Below are positions 55,683 to 64,000 of a stretch of DNA of 64,000 nt, piece after piece. The position numbers and the translations under genes were made by a program. Source of the stretch: Bradymonadia bacterium (lineage in GTDB: Bacteria > Myxococcota_A > Bradymonadia > UBA7976 > UBA1532); NCBI GenBank assembly GCA_046290225.1, contig JBKAGE010000070.1, forward strand, positions 64,001 through 128,000. Direction: 5' to 3'. Under the pieces are notes generated by a model. It searched no databases, was not told the DNA's origin, and worked only from the letters and a program-made list of their open reading frames with translations. Each line of letters opens with the position of its first letter. The first letter of the stretch is position 1.

Positions 55683-56345
55683 ATGGGCACCATCGTCATC
55701 ACCGGCGCCAACCGGGGCATCGGCCTCTCCCTCGCGCAACAACTCAACGCTCGGGGTGACTCGATCATCGCCGTGGTCCGCAACAGCAGCCCTGAGCTCG
55801 ACGCTCTGGGCGTACGTGTGGAGGCGGGCATCGACGTCTCCGAAGCTGGTGATGTCGCCGAGCTCGCCCGACGCCTCGAAGGCACCGCCATCGATGTCTT
55901 GATCAACAACGCCGGCATTCTGCGCAGCACCCCCCTCGACGATCTCGACTTCGAAGCCATCGAGGCTCAGTTCAAGGTGAACAGCGTGGGGCCTCTTCGA
56001 GTGACGCATGCTCTGCGTGGCAACCTCGGCGCCGGGAGCAAGGTGGGCATCGTTACCAGCCGCATGGGATCCCTCTCCGACAACACCTCTGGTGGTGCCT
56101 ATGGCTACCGTATGTCGAAGGCCGCGGTGAACATGGCGGGGGTGAGCCTGGCCCACGACCTCAAGGAGGCCGGCGTGGCGGTGGTGTTGCTGCACCCTGG
56201 CTGGGTGCGTACCGACATGACCGGAGGCAACGGCCTCATCGACGCCGAGGCGTCTGCCCGGGGCATGATCGCCCGCCTCGATCAGCTCGATCTCGAGAGC
56301 ACAGGCACCTTCTGGCACACCAACGGAGAGCAGCTGAGCTGGTAA
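55683..56345 (+). CDS. SDR oxidoreductase, CsgA (C-factor)-like
   Basis: ITGANRGIG, LINNAG, SRMGS, YRMSKAA, LHPGWVRTDM. Confidence 0.93.
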   Translation: MGTIVITGANRGIGLSLAQQLNARGDSIIAVVRNSSPELDALGVRVEAGIDVSEAGDVAELARRLEGTAIDVLINNAGILRSTPLDDLDFEAIEAQFKVNSVGPLRVTHALRGNLGAGSKVGIVTSRMGSLSDNTSGGAYGYRMSKAAVNMAGVSLAHDLKEAGVAVVLLHPGWVRTDMTGGNGLIDAEASARGMIARLDQLDLESTGTFWHTNGEQLSW

Positions 56346-56478
56346 GCCCTCGTCGCCTCGCCACCCCCACATCGATGAAAGCCATTTTCAGACAGAAGAA
56401 TCGCGACAAAATTGACGTCAATGGAGCGACCGCATGTTTATGCGGTGTATCTGATATGTGAACCACACAGGAGATGCC

Positions 56479-57357
56479 ATGCGTCGGTTGCTGCCCTTTC
56501 TATGCTGTCTGTGCCTCGCCCCTGGTCTCATCAATTGCGCCACGATCCAACCCGGAGAGCGCGGCGTCAAACGCACGCTCGGTGATCTGGACACCGAGGT
56601 CCACGAACCCGGCCTCGTCTGGTTCAACTTCTTCGTGACCAGCATCGTCCGTATGCCCGTGCGCACTCAAAACCTCGAGGTGAACCTGCCGCTCCCCAGT
56701 AAAGAAGGGCTCACCGTCCAGTCCGAGATCTCCATCCTCTACCGCATCAAGCCCGAGTCGGTGCCCGCAGTCATCGAAGAGATCGGCGAGCGTTACGAGA
56801 AATCATTGGTGCTGCCCACCTTCCGCTCAGCTGCCGCTGACATCTCCTCGCGTCACAACGCCAAGGAGATGCACAGCAAGGAGCGCAAAGCCATCGAGCT
56901 CGAGATCACCGAGCGCCTGCGCGAAGAACTCGAACCACGTGGCTTCGAGATCGAGCGCGTACTCATGAAGTCCATCTCGCTCCCCACAGGCCTCTCCCAG
57001 GCCATCGAGCAAAAACTCGCCGCCGAGCAGGAGGCGCAGCGCATGGCCTTCGTGCTCGATCGCGAGCGTCGCGAGGCGGAGCGCCGTCGGGTCGAGGCCG
57101 AGGGCATCAAGGACGCACAGCTGATCATCGACGGTGGCCTGACGCCGATGCTGATTCAGTACCGCTCCCTCGAAGCCTTCCGAGAGCTGGCCAAGAGCCC
57201 CAACGCCAAGGTGATCATCACCAATGGCCAGGCGCCCATGCTCATCGGTGGTCAGGGTGAGGTGATGACGATGACCCCTTCTGCGGCTCCAGCGCCACAG
57301 ACCCCCACGCGAAAGCGCACCCCGCTCAAGCCCGAGAAGACCGCCCGCACACGGTGA
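56479..57357 (+). CDS. SPFH/prohibitin (band 7) family protein
   Basis: IQPGERGV, SKEGL, AIEQKLAAEQ, EAERRRVEAEG. Confidence 0.92.
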   Translation: MRRLLPFLCCLCLAPGLINCATIQPGERGVKRTLGDLDTEVHEPGLVWFNFFVTSIVRMPVRTQNLEVNLPLPSKEGLTVQSEISILYRIKPESVPAVIEEIGERYEKSLVLPTFRSAAADISSRHNAKEMHSKERKAIELEITERLREELEPRGFEIERVLMKSISLPTGLSQAIEQKLAAEQEAQRMAFVLDRERREAERRRVEAEGIKDAQLIIDGGLTPMLIQYRSLEAFRELAKSPNAKVIITNGQAPMLIGGQGEVMTMTPSAAPAPQTPTRKRTPLKPEKTARTR

Positions 57358-57522
57358 ACCATCGCCCCTCGAGGGGCACGCACCATTGAGCCCTCCCGAA
57401 AAAAATCCCTCCACGAAAAAAGACTCCGCTCTCCCTCAGTAAGACGACTGTGAGCAGCCCGCTGCGGCTGATTCGCCCAACAACACTGCTGATGTGTGCT
57501 GTTGCACAGAAGAGAGGAAGAG

Positions 57523-59451
57523 ATGTCTTTTGCTTCGATACGTACGCTTGCGCCCGTTGCCATGCTTGCCCTGCTGTCCGGGGCCGCTCACGCACAGTTC
57601 AACATCGATTTGGGGATCAACCCCATCGGCCCCTTCAACAACTGTGGCGATGACTGGATCAGCTATGATCGCGAGGCGGCGAGCCCCGGTGAGTACTTCA
57701 GCGTCAGCCCGGAAAAATGCAACCTGGTGCCCTCCACCGGGGTGAGATGGACCATCGATCCGCCCCTCCCCTCGGGGTTGTGGATCCACAGCCGCAGCGG
57801 CAGGGTGTACGGCACCCCTCCGGCCAACAGCGCCGATCATCAGGTGCGCTACACAGATCGCCTCGGCTACACACGCACCGCGTACCCCTTCAGCCCTCGC
57901 ACGGTGACCGCCACCTGGACGGGCCCGACCGGGCATCCGGTCAGCAAGACGACCATCTTCAAATACGACTTCGTCGATCCCAGCCCTCTGCGCACCTCCA
58001 GCTACGGCGCGATCCGCTTTCGGGAGGGTGATGGTGTGCAGCGCCGTGCGGCGCAGGTCTTCGGCGGTACTCAGCCCTACCGGTTTCAGCTCCAGGGGAG
58101 CCTGCCCGCGGGCTATCGCCTCGAATCGGACGGCGATCTGGTGGGCATGCCCGACAACCCCCACGCTGACTGTGTGAACGGCTGCCGGGAGTACGTGCAG
58201 GTGACCGACGCCAAGGGTCGCACCGCGCAGCTCTTTGCCCTGGTGACCAACATGGAGAAGTACAGCGACGTCGATCGGGTCTGCTATGTGCTGGTCCACG
58301 GACACGGCCCGCACAAGGGCAACCGCGCTGATCAGCTCGCCAAGGCCCGGGCGTACTGGTCCGAGAACAAGATCGGCAGCTTCGATCCTGATCCCGACGA
58401 TGGCTCCAGCTCTGCAGGGGCGCTGCGACCAGATGCCCGCAGCTTTGTGAGCACCCTCACCGCTGATGGCGACAAGGTGTTCTACGTGGGCTACGACTCG
58501 TACCAGCACCTCCGCCAGAGCGCCATCGACGTCGCTGGCCAGCTCGAATGGGCCATTCAGAGCACGCACAGCAGCCCCAGCCCCACCTACCAATCCGTCA
58601 TCGGCGGTGACGGCTGCCGCGGGACCGACGAGATCATCGTCATCGGCCACAGCATGGGCGGGCTGGTGATGGACTACATCCTGGGCAACGCCGACGTGAG
58701 CCGCCGCAACCACCACCCGAGCTTCTGGACCACCGCTTACAGCGTGGAGCAGGTCGTCACCATCCAGACCCCCCACCGAGGCTCCGAGCTCGCCGACGCC
58801 AAGTGTGACTTCGAGTGGTCTGATCTCGTGCAGCCTCTGGTACTCGCCACCTACATCTTTGGCGGCGAGTGCGACGACGGCTCTTGGGATCTGCAAACCT
58901 CGGAAGAGGTCCGACGCCACATCGGCCCCCTGGCGAGCCCCACCTGGGCCATCGGCAGCCACCAGGGCATGTGCCAGAACACCGACACGGCGCAGCGACT
59001 GTGCAGGGGCTTCGCAGACTCGTTCGGCCCCTTCAACCCCGCCCGATACGCGATCCGCGAGATGTGCCCTCTCATCGGCGATCTCATGTGCTCCAACCTC
59101 TTCTTCGACGAGCAGAACGACGGGGCGGTGGAGTACACGAGCGCCTTCGCCTGCACTGGGGAGAACCCCAACGACACCGAGGGTGAAGGCTTCGGTGACA
59201 GCAGCACCGATGTGTGCGGCAACAACCAAAAGGTCATCACCGGGGTGTTCAACTTCGACGTCAGCGAGGAGAACCACGACACCGGCCGCAACGCCCAGCA
59301 CCCCGACGCGCGCCGCTCCATGTGGATCCGCGACAGCATCTGGTCTGCCCTCCCCCGCGAGTTTGTGCCTGGCACCAGCCGCATGAGCTCCGCCGAGGCG
59401 ATTCACCGCGTCTTCGGTGACGGCGCCTGGCTGCACCTCGACGACCGCTGA
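57523..59451 (+). CDS. Secreted alpha/beta hydrolase (lipase-like) with N-terminal putative Ig (He_PIG-like) domains
   Basis: Signal peptide AHA|Q; LPSGLWI..SGRVYGTP; VLVHG, GHSMGG, TPHRGSELAD, NDGAV, ENH. Confidence 0.85.
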   Translation: MSFASIRTLAPVAMLALLSGAAHAQFNIDLGINPIGPFNNCGDDWISYDREAASPGEYFSVSPEKCNLVPSTGVRWTIDPPLPSGLWIHSRSGRVYGTPPANSADHQVRYTDRLGYTRTAYPFSPRTVTATWTGPTGHPVSKTTIFKYDFVDPSPLRTSSYGAIRFREGDGVQRRAAQVFGGTQPYRFQLQGSLPAGYRLESDGDLVGMPDNPHADCVNGCREYVQVTDAKGRTAQLFALVTNMEKYSDVDRVCYVLVHGHGPHKGNRADQLAKARAYWSENKIGSFDPDPDDGSSSAGALRPDARSFVSTLTADGDKVFYVGYDSYQHLRQSAIDVAGQLEWAIQSTHSSPSPTYQSVIGGDGCRGTDEIIVIGHSMGGLVMDYILGNADVSRRNHHPSFWTTAYSVEQVVTIQTPHRGSELADAKCDFEWSDLVQPLVLATYIFGGECDDGSWDLQTSEEVRRHIGPLASPTWAIGSHQGMCQNTDTAQRLCRGFADSFGPFNPARYAIREMCPLIGDLMCSNLFFDEQNDGAVEYTSAFACTGENPNDTEGEGFGDSSTDVCGNNQKVITGVFNFDVSEENHDTGRNAQHPDARRSMWIRDSIWSALPREFVPGTSRMSSAEAIHRVFGDGAWLHLDDR

Positions 59452-59507
59452 GCTCACCCACGCACTCTCCGCCCGCCTCATTCCCCTGCCTTCATCAGGA
59501 GCCTGTC

Positions 59508-60566
59508 ATGCGTCTTCAGCTCACCGCCCTCGTAACCTGCGCCCTTGCGTTGATCGCCTTGATCCTCGATGGGCCCCCCGATGCCCCGAGCCCTCATCAC
59601 CACGACATCGAGCGTGGAGAATCCGCCTCGACCACTGGTGTGGACCAGGCATCAATCCCCACGCGGACTGCCATCACCAAGATGCCAGCCCTGAGCGCCA
59701 TCGAGGCTCGGACCGCGGCCCCCGCACCTCGGCCCGTCGTCCACGGCGCAGTGGCCATGCGGGCTGCCCGGCGACGCTATGGCACCGCGAGCAGGCCTCT
59801 GGGCGCACAGGATCCGATCCTGCTGGAGAGCGAGCCCGAGCTGCAGCGGGCCACCCTCACCGAGAGCGGAGAGACGATCTTCTCCCAGGCGAGCAGCCGC
59901 ACACTTCGAGTGGGAGATCCCATCACGGTGGAAGCGTGGACGGCTGAAGGCGATACGCCGGTGGTGGCACGCATCGTGGCCCGTCGAGCAGGGCAGACCG
60001 TCGTGCTCGCCGAGAGCCGAGGGCTCGCCCGTGCAGATGCTGCCACGGCCCTCGAGCTGCCCACCGACGGTGTCGAGGCTGACGATCGGCTGTCGCTGAA
60101 GGTGCATTATGACGGCGAAGACAGTGAAAGCACCGCCCGCGCGCTTCACCCACTCGATCATGGCGCTGACGGCGTGCAGGCCACAGGGGAGGTGTTCGAC
60201 ACCCTCGCCGAAGGGCACCTGCGGCTGGGGGTGATGGTGCGCGCCGAGCAGCCGCGCACGGTGCACGTCGCCGCGACGCTCTACACGTCGTCAGGGGCGC
60301 CGGTGGCGTACGTGGAGCACCGCACGGGGATCCTTGCCGGCGTACACGAGATCCCCTTGCTGGTGGCCGGCACGGTGTTGTGTGACGCCAAGGTGCAGGG
60401 CCCCCTGGTGGTTCGCCATGTTCAGGTGACCGACGTCACCGACAGCCACCCACGCTTCGCCCCTCGGCTCGATCTCGCGTACACCACCGAGTCGTACGAT
60501 GCCGCAGGGTGGTCATGTGACGATGTGGCCGATCAGCCAGAGGCCTTCGCCCTCGGCGTTCAGTGA
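59508..60566 (+). CDS. Exported accessory protein, hypothetical
   Basis: N-terminal hydrophobic anchor, AGGAG RBS, beta-rich C-terminal half; immediately downstream of the hydrolase. Confidence 0.7.
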   Translation: MRLQLTALVTCALALIALILDGPPDAPSPHHHDIERGESASTTGVDQASIPTRTAITKMPALSAIEARTAAPAPRPVVHGAVAMRAARRRYGTASRPLGAQDPILLESEPELQRATLTESGETIFSQASSRTLRVGDPITVEAWTAEGDTPVVARIVARRAGQTVVLAESRGLARADAATALELPTDGVEADDRLSLKVHYDGEDSESTARALHPLDHGADGVQATGEVFDTLAEGHLRLGVMVRAEQPRTVHVAATLYTSSGAPVAYVEHRTGILAGVHEIPLLVAGTVLCDAKVQGPLVVRHVQVTDVTDSHPRFAPRLDLAYTTESYDAAGWSCDDVADQPEAFALGVQ

Positions 60567-60579
60567 CTCGGAGAGTGCA

Positions 60580-61389
60580 TCAGCGCGCTTCTTCGAGCAG
60601 ATCTCGAATCGCCTGCCAGTACTCTGTGTTGAGCGGGCAATCTCCATGCTTGCACGTGCGGGCCATCAGCCGCCCCTGGGGGGCCATCTCCGCCAGACGC
60701 TCACCGTGTGAGAACGGCACCACGTTGTCGTCACGGCCGTGGATCACCAGCACCGGCACATCGAGGGTGGACACGACCTCTCTGCTGCGGAACTGATCCT
60801 TCACCAGAAACCCTGGGATGCCATAACGCCACGTCAGCTGGTCGATGCCGGTGTACGTCGACTGCAGCACCAGCGCCTTCGGGGGCCGATGGCGGGCCAG
60901 GGCCACCACAGCGCCTCCGCCCATGGAGAAGCCGTGATAGTGCACCCGGGCGGCGTCTACCTCGGGCCGCTTCACCGCCGCGTCGAGGAACCAGACGAAG
61001 TCTTCGGTGATGGCAGGCTCCGAGGGGCTGCCTGCAGAGCGGCCATACCCTCTGAACTCCGGCATCAACACGCTGATGCCCATACGCGTGTAGGTCCGCA
61101 GGGCCGGCCACCAGCCATCGATGAGATCGCCGTTGCCGTGACCGAAGACCACCAGGGGCCCTGGCCGCTCGGCGGTGCAGCCCTCACCAGGGATGAACCA
61201 CGCCTCCACGGGGCCCTGGGGGCTCTCTCGCCACAATGACTCGACCCCTGCTGGGGCCTGAAGCAGCGGCTGCGCCGTCCAGCGCCGTGGGAACAGGACC
61301 TCTCTCTGAAAGACATAGGCCAGCGTCAGGCCCAACACATAGAGACCCAACAACACCAACGCGATCTTGAACACCCGTCGTCTCGTCAT
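60580..61389 (-). CDS. Alpha/beta hydrolase (ABHD13/17, BEM46-like)
   Basis: HGNG, EFRGYGRS.GSPSE, GFSMGG, IHGRDDNVVP, KH. Confidence 0.92.
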   Translation of the reverse strand: MTRRRVFKIALVLLGLYVLGLTLAYVFQREVLFPRRWTAQPLLQAPAGVESLWRESPQGPVEAWFIPGEGCTAERPGPLVVFGHGNGDLIDGWWPALRTYTRMGISVLMPEFRGYGRSAGSPSEPAITEDFVWFLDAAVKRPEVDAARVHYHGFSMGGGAVVALARHRPPKALVLQSTYTGIDQLTWRYGIPGFLVKDQFRSREVVSTLDVPVLVIHGRDDNVVPFSHGERLAEMAPQGRLMARTCKHGDCPLNTEYWQAIRDLLEEAR

Positions 61390-61492
61390 CACTTACTCTG
61401 GCGCATCGCCATTCTTGTAACCACCACCCCATCTGTCACACACTCCGCACGTTTGTCATACAACATGGCTCTGACACCAGGAGGAACAGGAT

Positions 61493-63703
61493 ATGAGGTG
61501 GTGGCTCGCTGCGGCGCTGATCGGTCTGCCGATGTGGGGGTGCGATGACGACGGTGGTGACGGCACCACTGCAGGCGCTGGTGGTGAAGCGGGCATGGGT
61601 GGTGCCGGCGGCGTGGCCGGCGCTGGCGGTATGGGTGGCGAAGCGGGCATGGGCGGCGAAGCGGGTATGGGCGGTGCCGGCGGCATGGCCGGTGCCGGCG
61701 GCATGGGCGGCTCCGGCCGTAACCTCGACGTGGCGCCGCCACCTGCAGACTGCGACGCCCTCGATCCCGACACCTGCGCCTTCCCTTGGCCCTCGAACCT
61801 CTACCTCGTCGAGGACGACACTCGAGGCAGTGGCTATGTGCTCAGCTTCGGAGAGACCTCTCTGCCGGCGAACCGGATGGGCGTGCACATCGGCCCCGGG
61901 CCCTTCCACCGCATGGACGGCTACCCTCTGAGCAGCCAGATCCTGGTGCGGTTCCCCAACGTCGACCACAGCATGATGGCCAAGAAGGGCAACATCGCCG
62001 ACTCCACCGCCGTGGATGCTCAGATCATGCTCTTCGAGGTCACCGACGAGGGCCTCAAGCGGCAGCCCTACTTCGTGGAGCCCGACGCCCGGGTGCCCGA
62101 AGGCGAAGCTGACAGCCCCGTGCTCTTCATCCGCCCGGCGGTGCACCTTCGGGAGAACACCCGCTACATCGTGGCGATCCAGGGCCTCACCGACACCGAC
62201 GGTACGCTGATCCCCCGCAGCCCCGCCTTCGACGCCCTGCTCAGCGGCAACACAGACGATGACGCCGTGCTCCAAGCCCGGCAGCCCCGCTTCGACGAGA
62301 TCTTCGGTCAGCTCGAGGGTGAGGGGATCGATCTCATGGGCCTCACCCTCGCCTGGGACTTCCACACGGCGAGCACAGATGGCCTGCACAGCTACATGCT
62401 GCACATGCGGAACGAAGCCTACGAGACCGTCGGCGCCGAGGGCCCCGAGCTGCGGGTCGAGTCCGTGGAAGAGGTCATGACCGACGATGTCGGCAGCGAT
62501 CGACCCGGTGACGCGCTGCGGGTGACCTACATCAAGGGCAAGTTCACCATCCCCAACTATCTGTTCTCCGAGGTGGACGAGTTCGGGATCCCCGGCTTCA
62601 CCCTGAACCTGGGCCCTGACGGGATGCCCGAGCAGATGGGCACCCGAGAGGCCGACTTCTGGCTCGCGATCCCCGAGGGGGCCTTCGGCGGCGAGCCGCA
62701 CAGCCTCGTGCAATACGGTCACGGCCTCTTCGGATCCGGCGAGGAGGTGCTCTACTCCAGCTGGACCCGCTTGTGTGGGCGCTTCGACGACCGCCCCTGT
62801 GGCTGGTTCAACATGCGGGCCGCCCGCGATCACAACCTCATCTACTTCGGCGCTGATCTCACCGGCATGGCCGAGGTGGATCGCGACGAGCGCGCTCTGG
62901 CCCTGCTGGCCGATCTCAACAAATTCCCCTGGATCGCGGATCGGCTGCACCAGGGGCTGATGGAGTGGCTGCTGCTCACGCGCTCGATGAAGGCCCAGTT
63001 CCAGAGCCTCGAGGGCGTCGCCGACGCAGGCATCACCCTCACCGACGACATCTACTACTCCGGCATCAGCCAGGGGGGCATCTTCGGCGGCGCCTTCGTG
63101 GCCCTGAGCCCGGAGATCACCCGGGCGCACCTCGGCGTGCCCGGGGTGGGCTACAATCGCTTCCTCGAGCGGTCCACGGGCTTCAGTGAGTTCTTCGTGG
63201 GGCTGGCCAACTTCTACCCTGAGCGCGTCGATCAGACGATCCTGCTCGAGGTGATCCAGGCCCTGTGGGACGGCACGGAGAACTCCGGCTACATGTGGCG
63301 CCTCAACCACAGCCCCTTCGAGGGCCAGGCGGCCACTCATATCCTCGCCGCCCCCACTAAGGGCGACTACCTCGTGCCCCCCGTGAGCTACGAGACCGTG
63401 GGGCGCACCTGTGATCTGGGCATCGGCTTCATGACCCCCTACGACGCTGAGCGCACCCCGGCCTTCGCCTGTGAGCAGAGCTACCCCCACACCGGCTCGG
63501 GCATCGTGCATTGGGATCTGGGCAACCCCTGGGCCACCGAGGGCAACATGCCTCCTCCGGAGCATCCCCTCGGGGACCCCCACGAGGACGTGCGTCAGCT
63601 CAACGCCCACCAACAGCAGATGGCCGACTTCTGGCGCACCGGCGACATCACCGATGTGTGCGAGGGCGGCCCGTGTCAGGTGATCCCCGGGGGGAGTGAC
63701 TGA
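61493..63703 (+). CDS. Lipoprotein alpha/beta hydrolase with Gly-rich linker
   Basis: Lipobox MWGC; GGEAGM repeats; FPWPSN, YGHGLFG, GISQGG nucleophile elbow, DPH. Confidence 0.85.
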   Translation: MRWWLAAALIGLPMWGCDDDGGDGTTAGAGGEAGMGGAGGVAGAGGMGGEAGMGGEAGMGGAGGMAGAGGMGGSGRNLDVAPPPADCDALDPDTCAFPWPSNLYLVEDDTRGSGYVLSFGETSLPANRMGVHIGPGPFHRMDGYPLSSQILVRFPNVDHSMMAKKGNIADSTAVDAQIMLFEVTDEGLKRQPYFVEPDARVPEGEADSPVLFIRPAVHLRENTRYIVAIQGLTDTDGTLIPRSPAFDALLSGNTDDDAVLQARQPRFDEIFGQLEGEGIDLMGLTLAWDFHTASTDGLHSYMLHMRNEAYETVGAEGPELRVESVEEVMTDDVGSDRPGDALRVTYIKGKFTIPNYLFSEVDEFGIPGFTLNLGPDGMPEQMGTREADFWLAIPEGAFGGEPHSLVQYGHGLFGSGEEVLYSSWTRLCGRFDDRPCGWFNMRAARDHNLIYFGADLTGMAEVDRDERALALLADLNKFPWIADRLHQGLMEWLLLTRSMKAQFQSLEGVADAGITLTDDIYYSGISQGGIFGGAFVALSPEITRAHLGVPGVGYNRFLERSTGFSEFFVGLANFYPERVDQTILLEVIQALWDGTENSGYMWRLNHSPFEGQAATHILAAPTKGDYLVPPVSYETVGRTCDLGIGFMTPYDAERTPAFACEQSYPHTGSGIVHWDLGNPWATEGNMPPPEHPLGDPHEDVRQLNAHQQQMADFWRTGDITDVCEGGPCQVIPGGSD

Positions 63704-64000
63704 TGCGCGCCTTCATCCTCGCCATCGTGGCCCTGCTCTTGCCCAGCGTCGCCTCTGCAGAGAACGAGCGGCCCACCTGGACGCTGCAGGTAGATCCGCT
63801 CACCACGGTCATCGGGCTGGTGCACCTGCAGGTCGAAGGCACGATCAACGATCACTGGTCCATCTATGCCGGGCCCAGCCTGCGGTTCTTCGACAGCCCC
63901 CTCACCGATGATCCCGCCCCGGACGGCTTTGGCCTCGAGGCGGGCGTGCGCTACTACTTCTCCGGCACTGCGCCGGAGGGTTGGTGGGGCTTGATCCGCG
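63703..64000 (+). CDS. Exported protein, probable outer-membrane beta-barrel (3' truncated; not in ORF track)
   Basis: TGATG overlap; MRAFILAIVALLLPSVASA signal then VDPL...GLEAGVRYYFSGTAPEGWW. Confidence 0.7.
   Translation, partial: MRAFILAIVALLLPSVASAENERPTWTLQVDPLTTVIGLVHLQVEGTINDHWSIYAGPSLRFFDSPLTDDPAPDGFGLEAGVRYYFSGTAPEGWWGLIR

Noticed and set aside
55683..56345. Assigning gene symbol csgA (developmental C-signal)
   Set aside because: This SDR subfamily is widespread, and orthology cannot be established without a phylogeny.

Overview
GC-rich bacterial DNA, most likely Myxococcota-like. The evidence is many Cys-rich lipoproteins with Gly/Pro-rich linkers, a MYXO-CTERM-type tail and a CsgA-like SDR; the taxon is inferred, not searched. 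The dominant feature is a three-gene operon at 14822-28469. It holds a 3856-aa single-chain PUFA-synthase/enediyne-PKS-like megasynthase (ER*-ER-KS-ACP-ACP-AT-KS-ACP-KR-DH-PPTase), a biotin carboxyl carrier protein and a PccB-type carboxyltransferase. All three ACP domains carry Thr (LGIDTVKQ) where the phosphopantetheine-accepting Ser normally sits, yet the protein encodes its own intact-looking PPTase. This is the best candidate for an undescribed system here. The left part holds an MCP tail, a transmembrane-less AcrB-like protein, a CaiB CoA-transferase, a four-gene sugar-modification cassette, rpmE2, a DksA/TraR protein and a stretch (7.5-12.7 kb) where genes are separated by REP-like palindromes and inverted repeats. 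The right part holds secreted Ig/ASH-domain lipoproteins, a Kazal-Kunitz-Kazal inhibitor, an AhpD-like/ArsS-like radical SAM pair, a serine protease, fbp, a GT4, an SPFH protein and several alpha/beta hydrolases. No rRNA, tRNA, CRISPR array or intact transposase/integrase was recognised. All domain calls come from reading motifs by eye; no database search was run.
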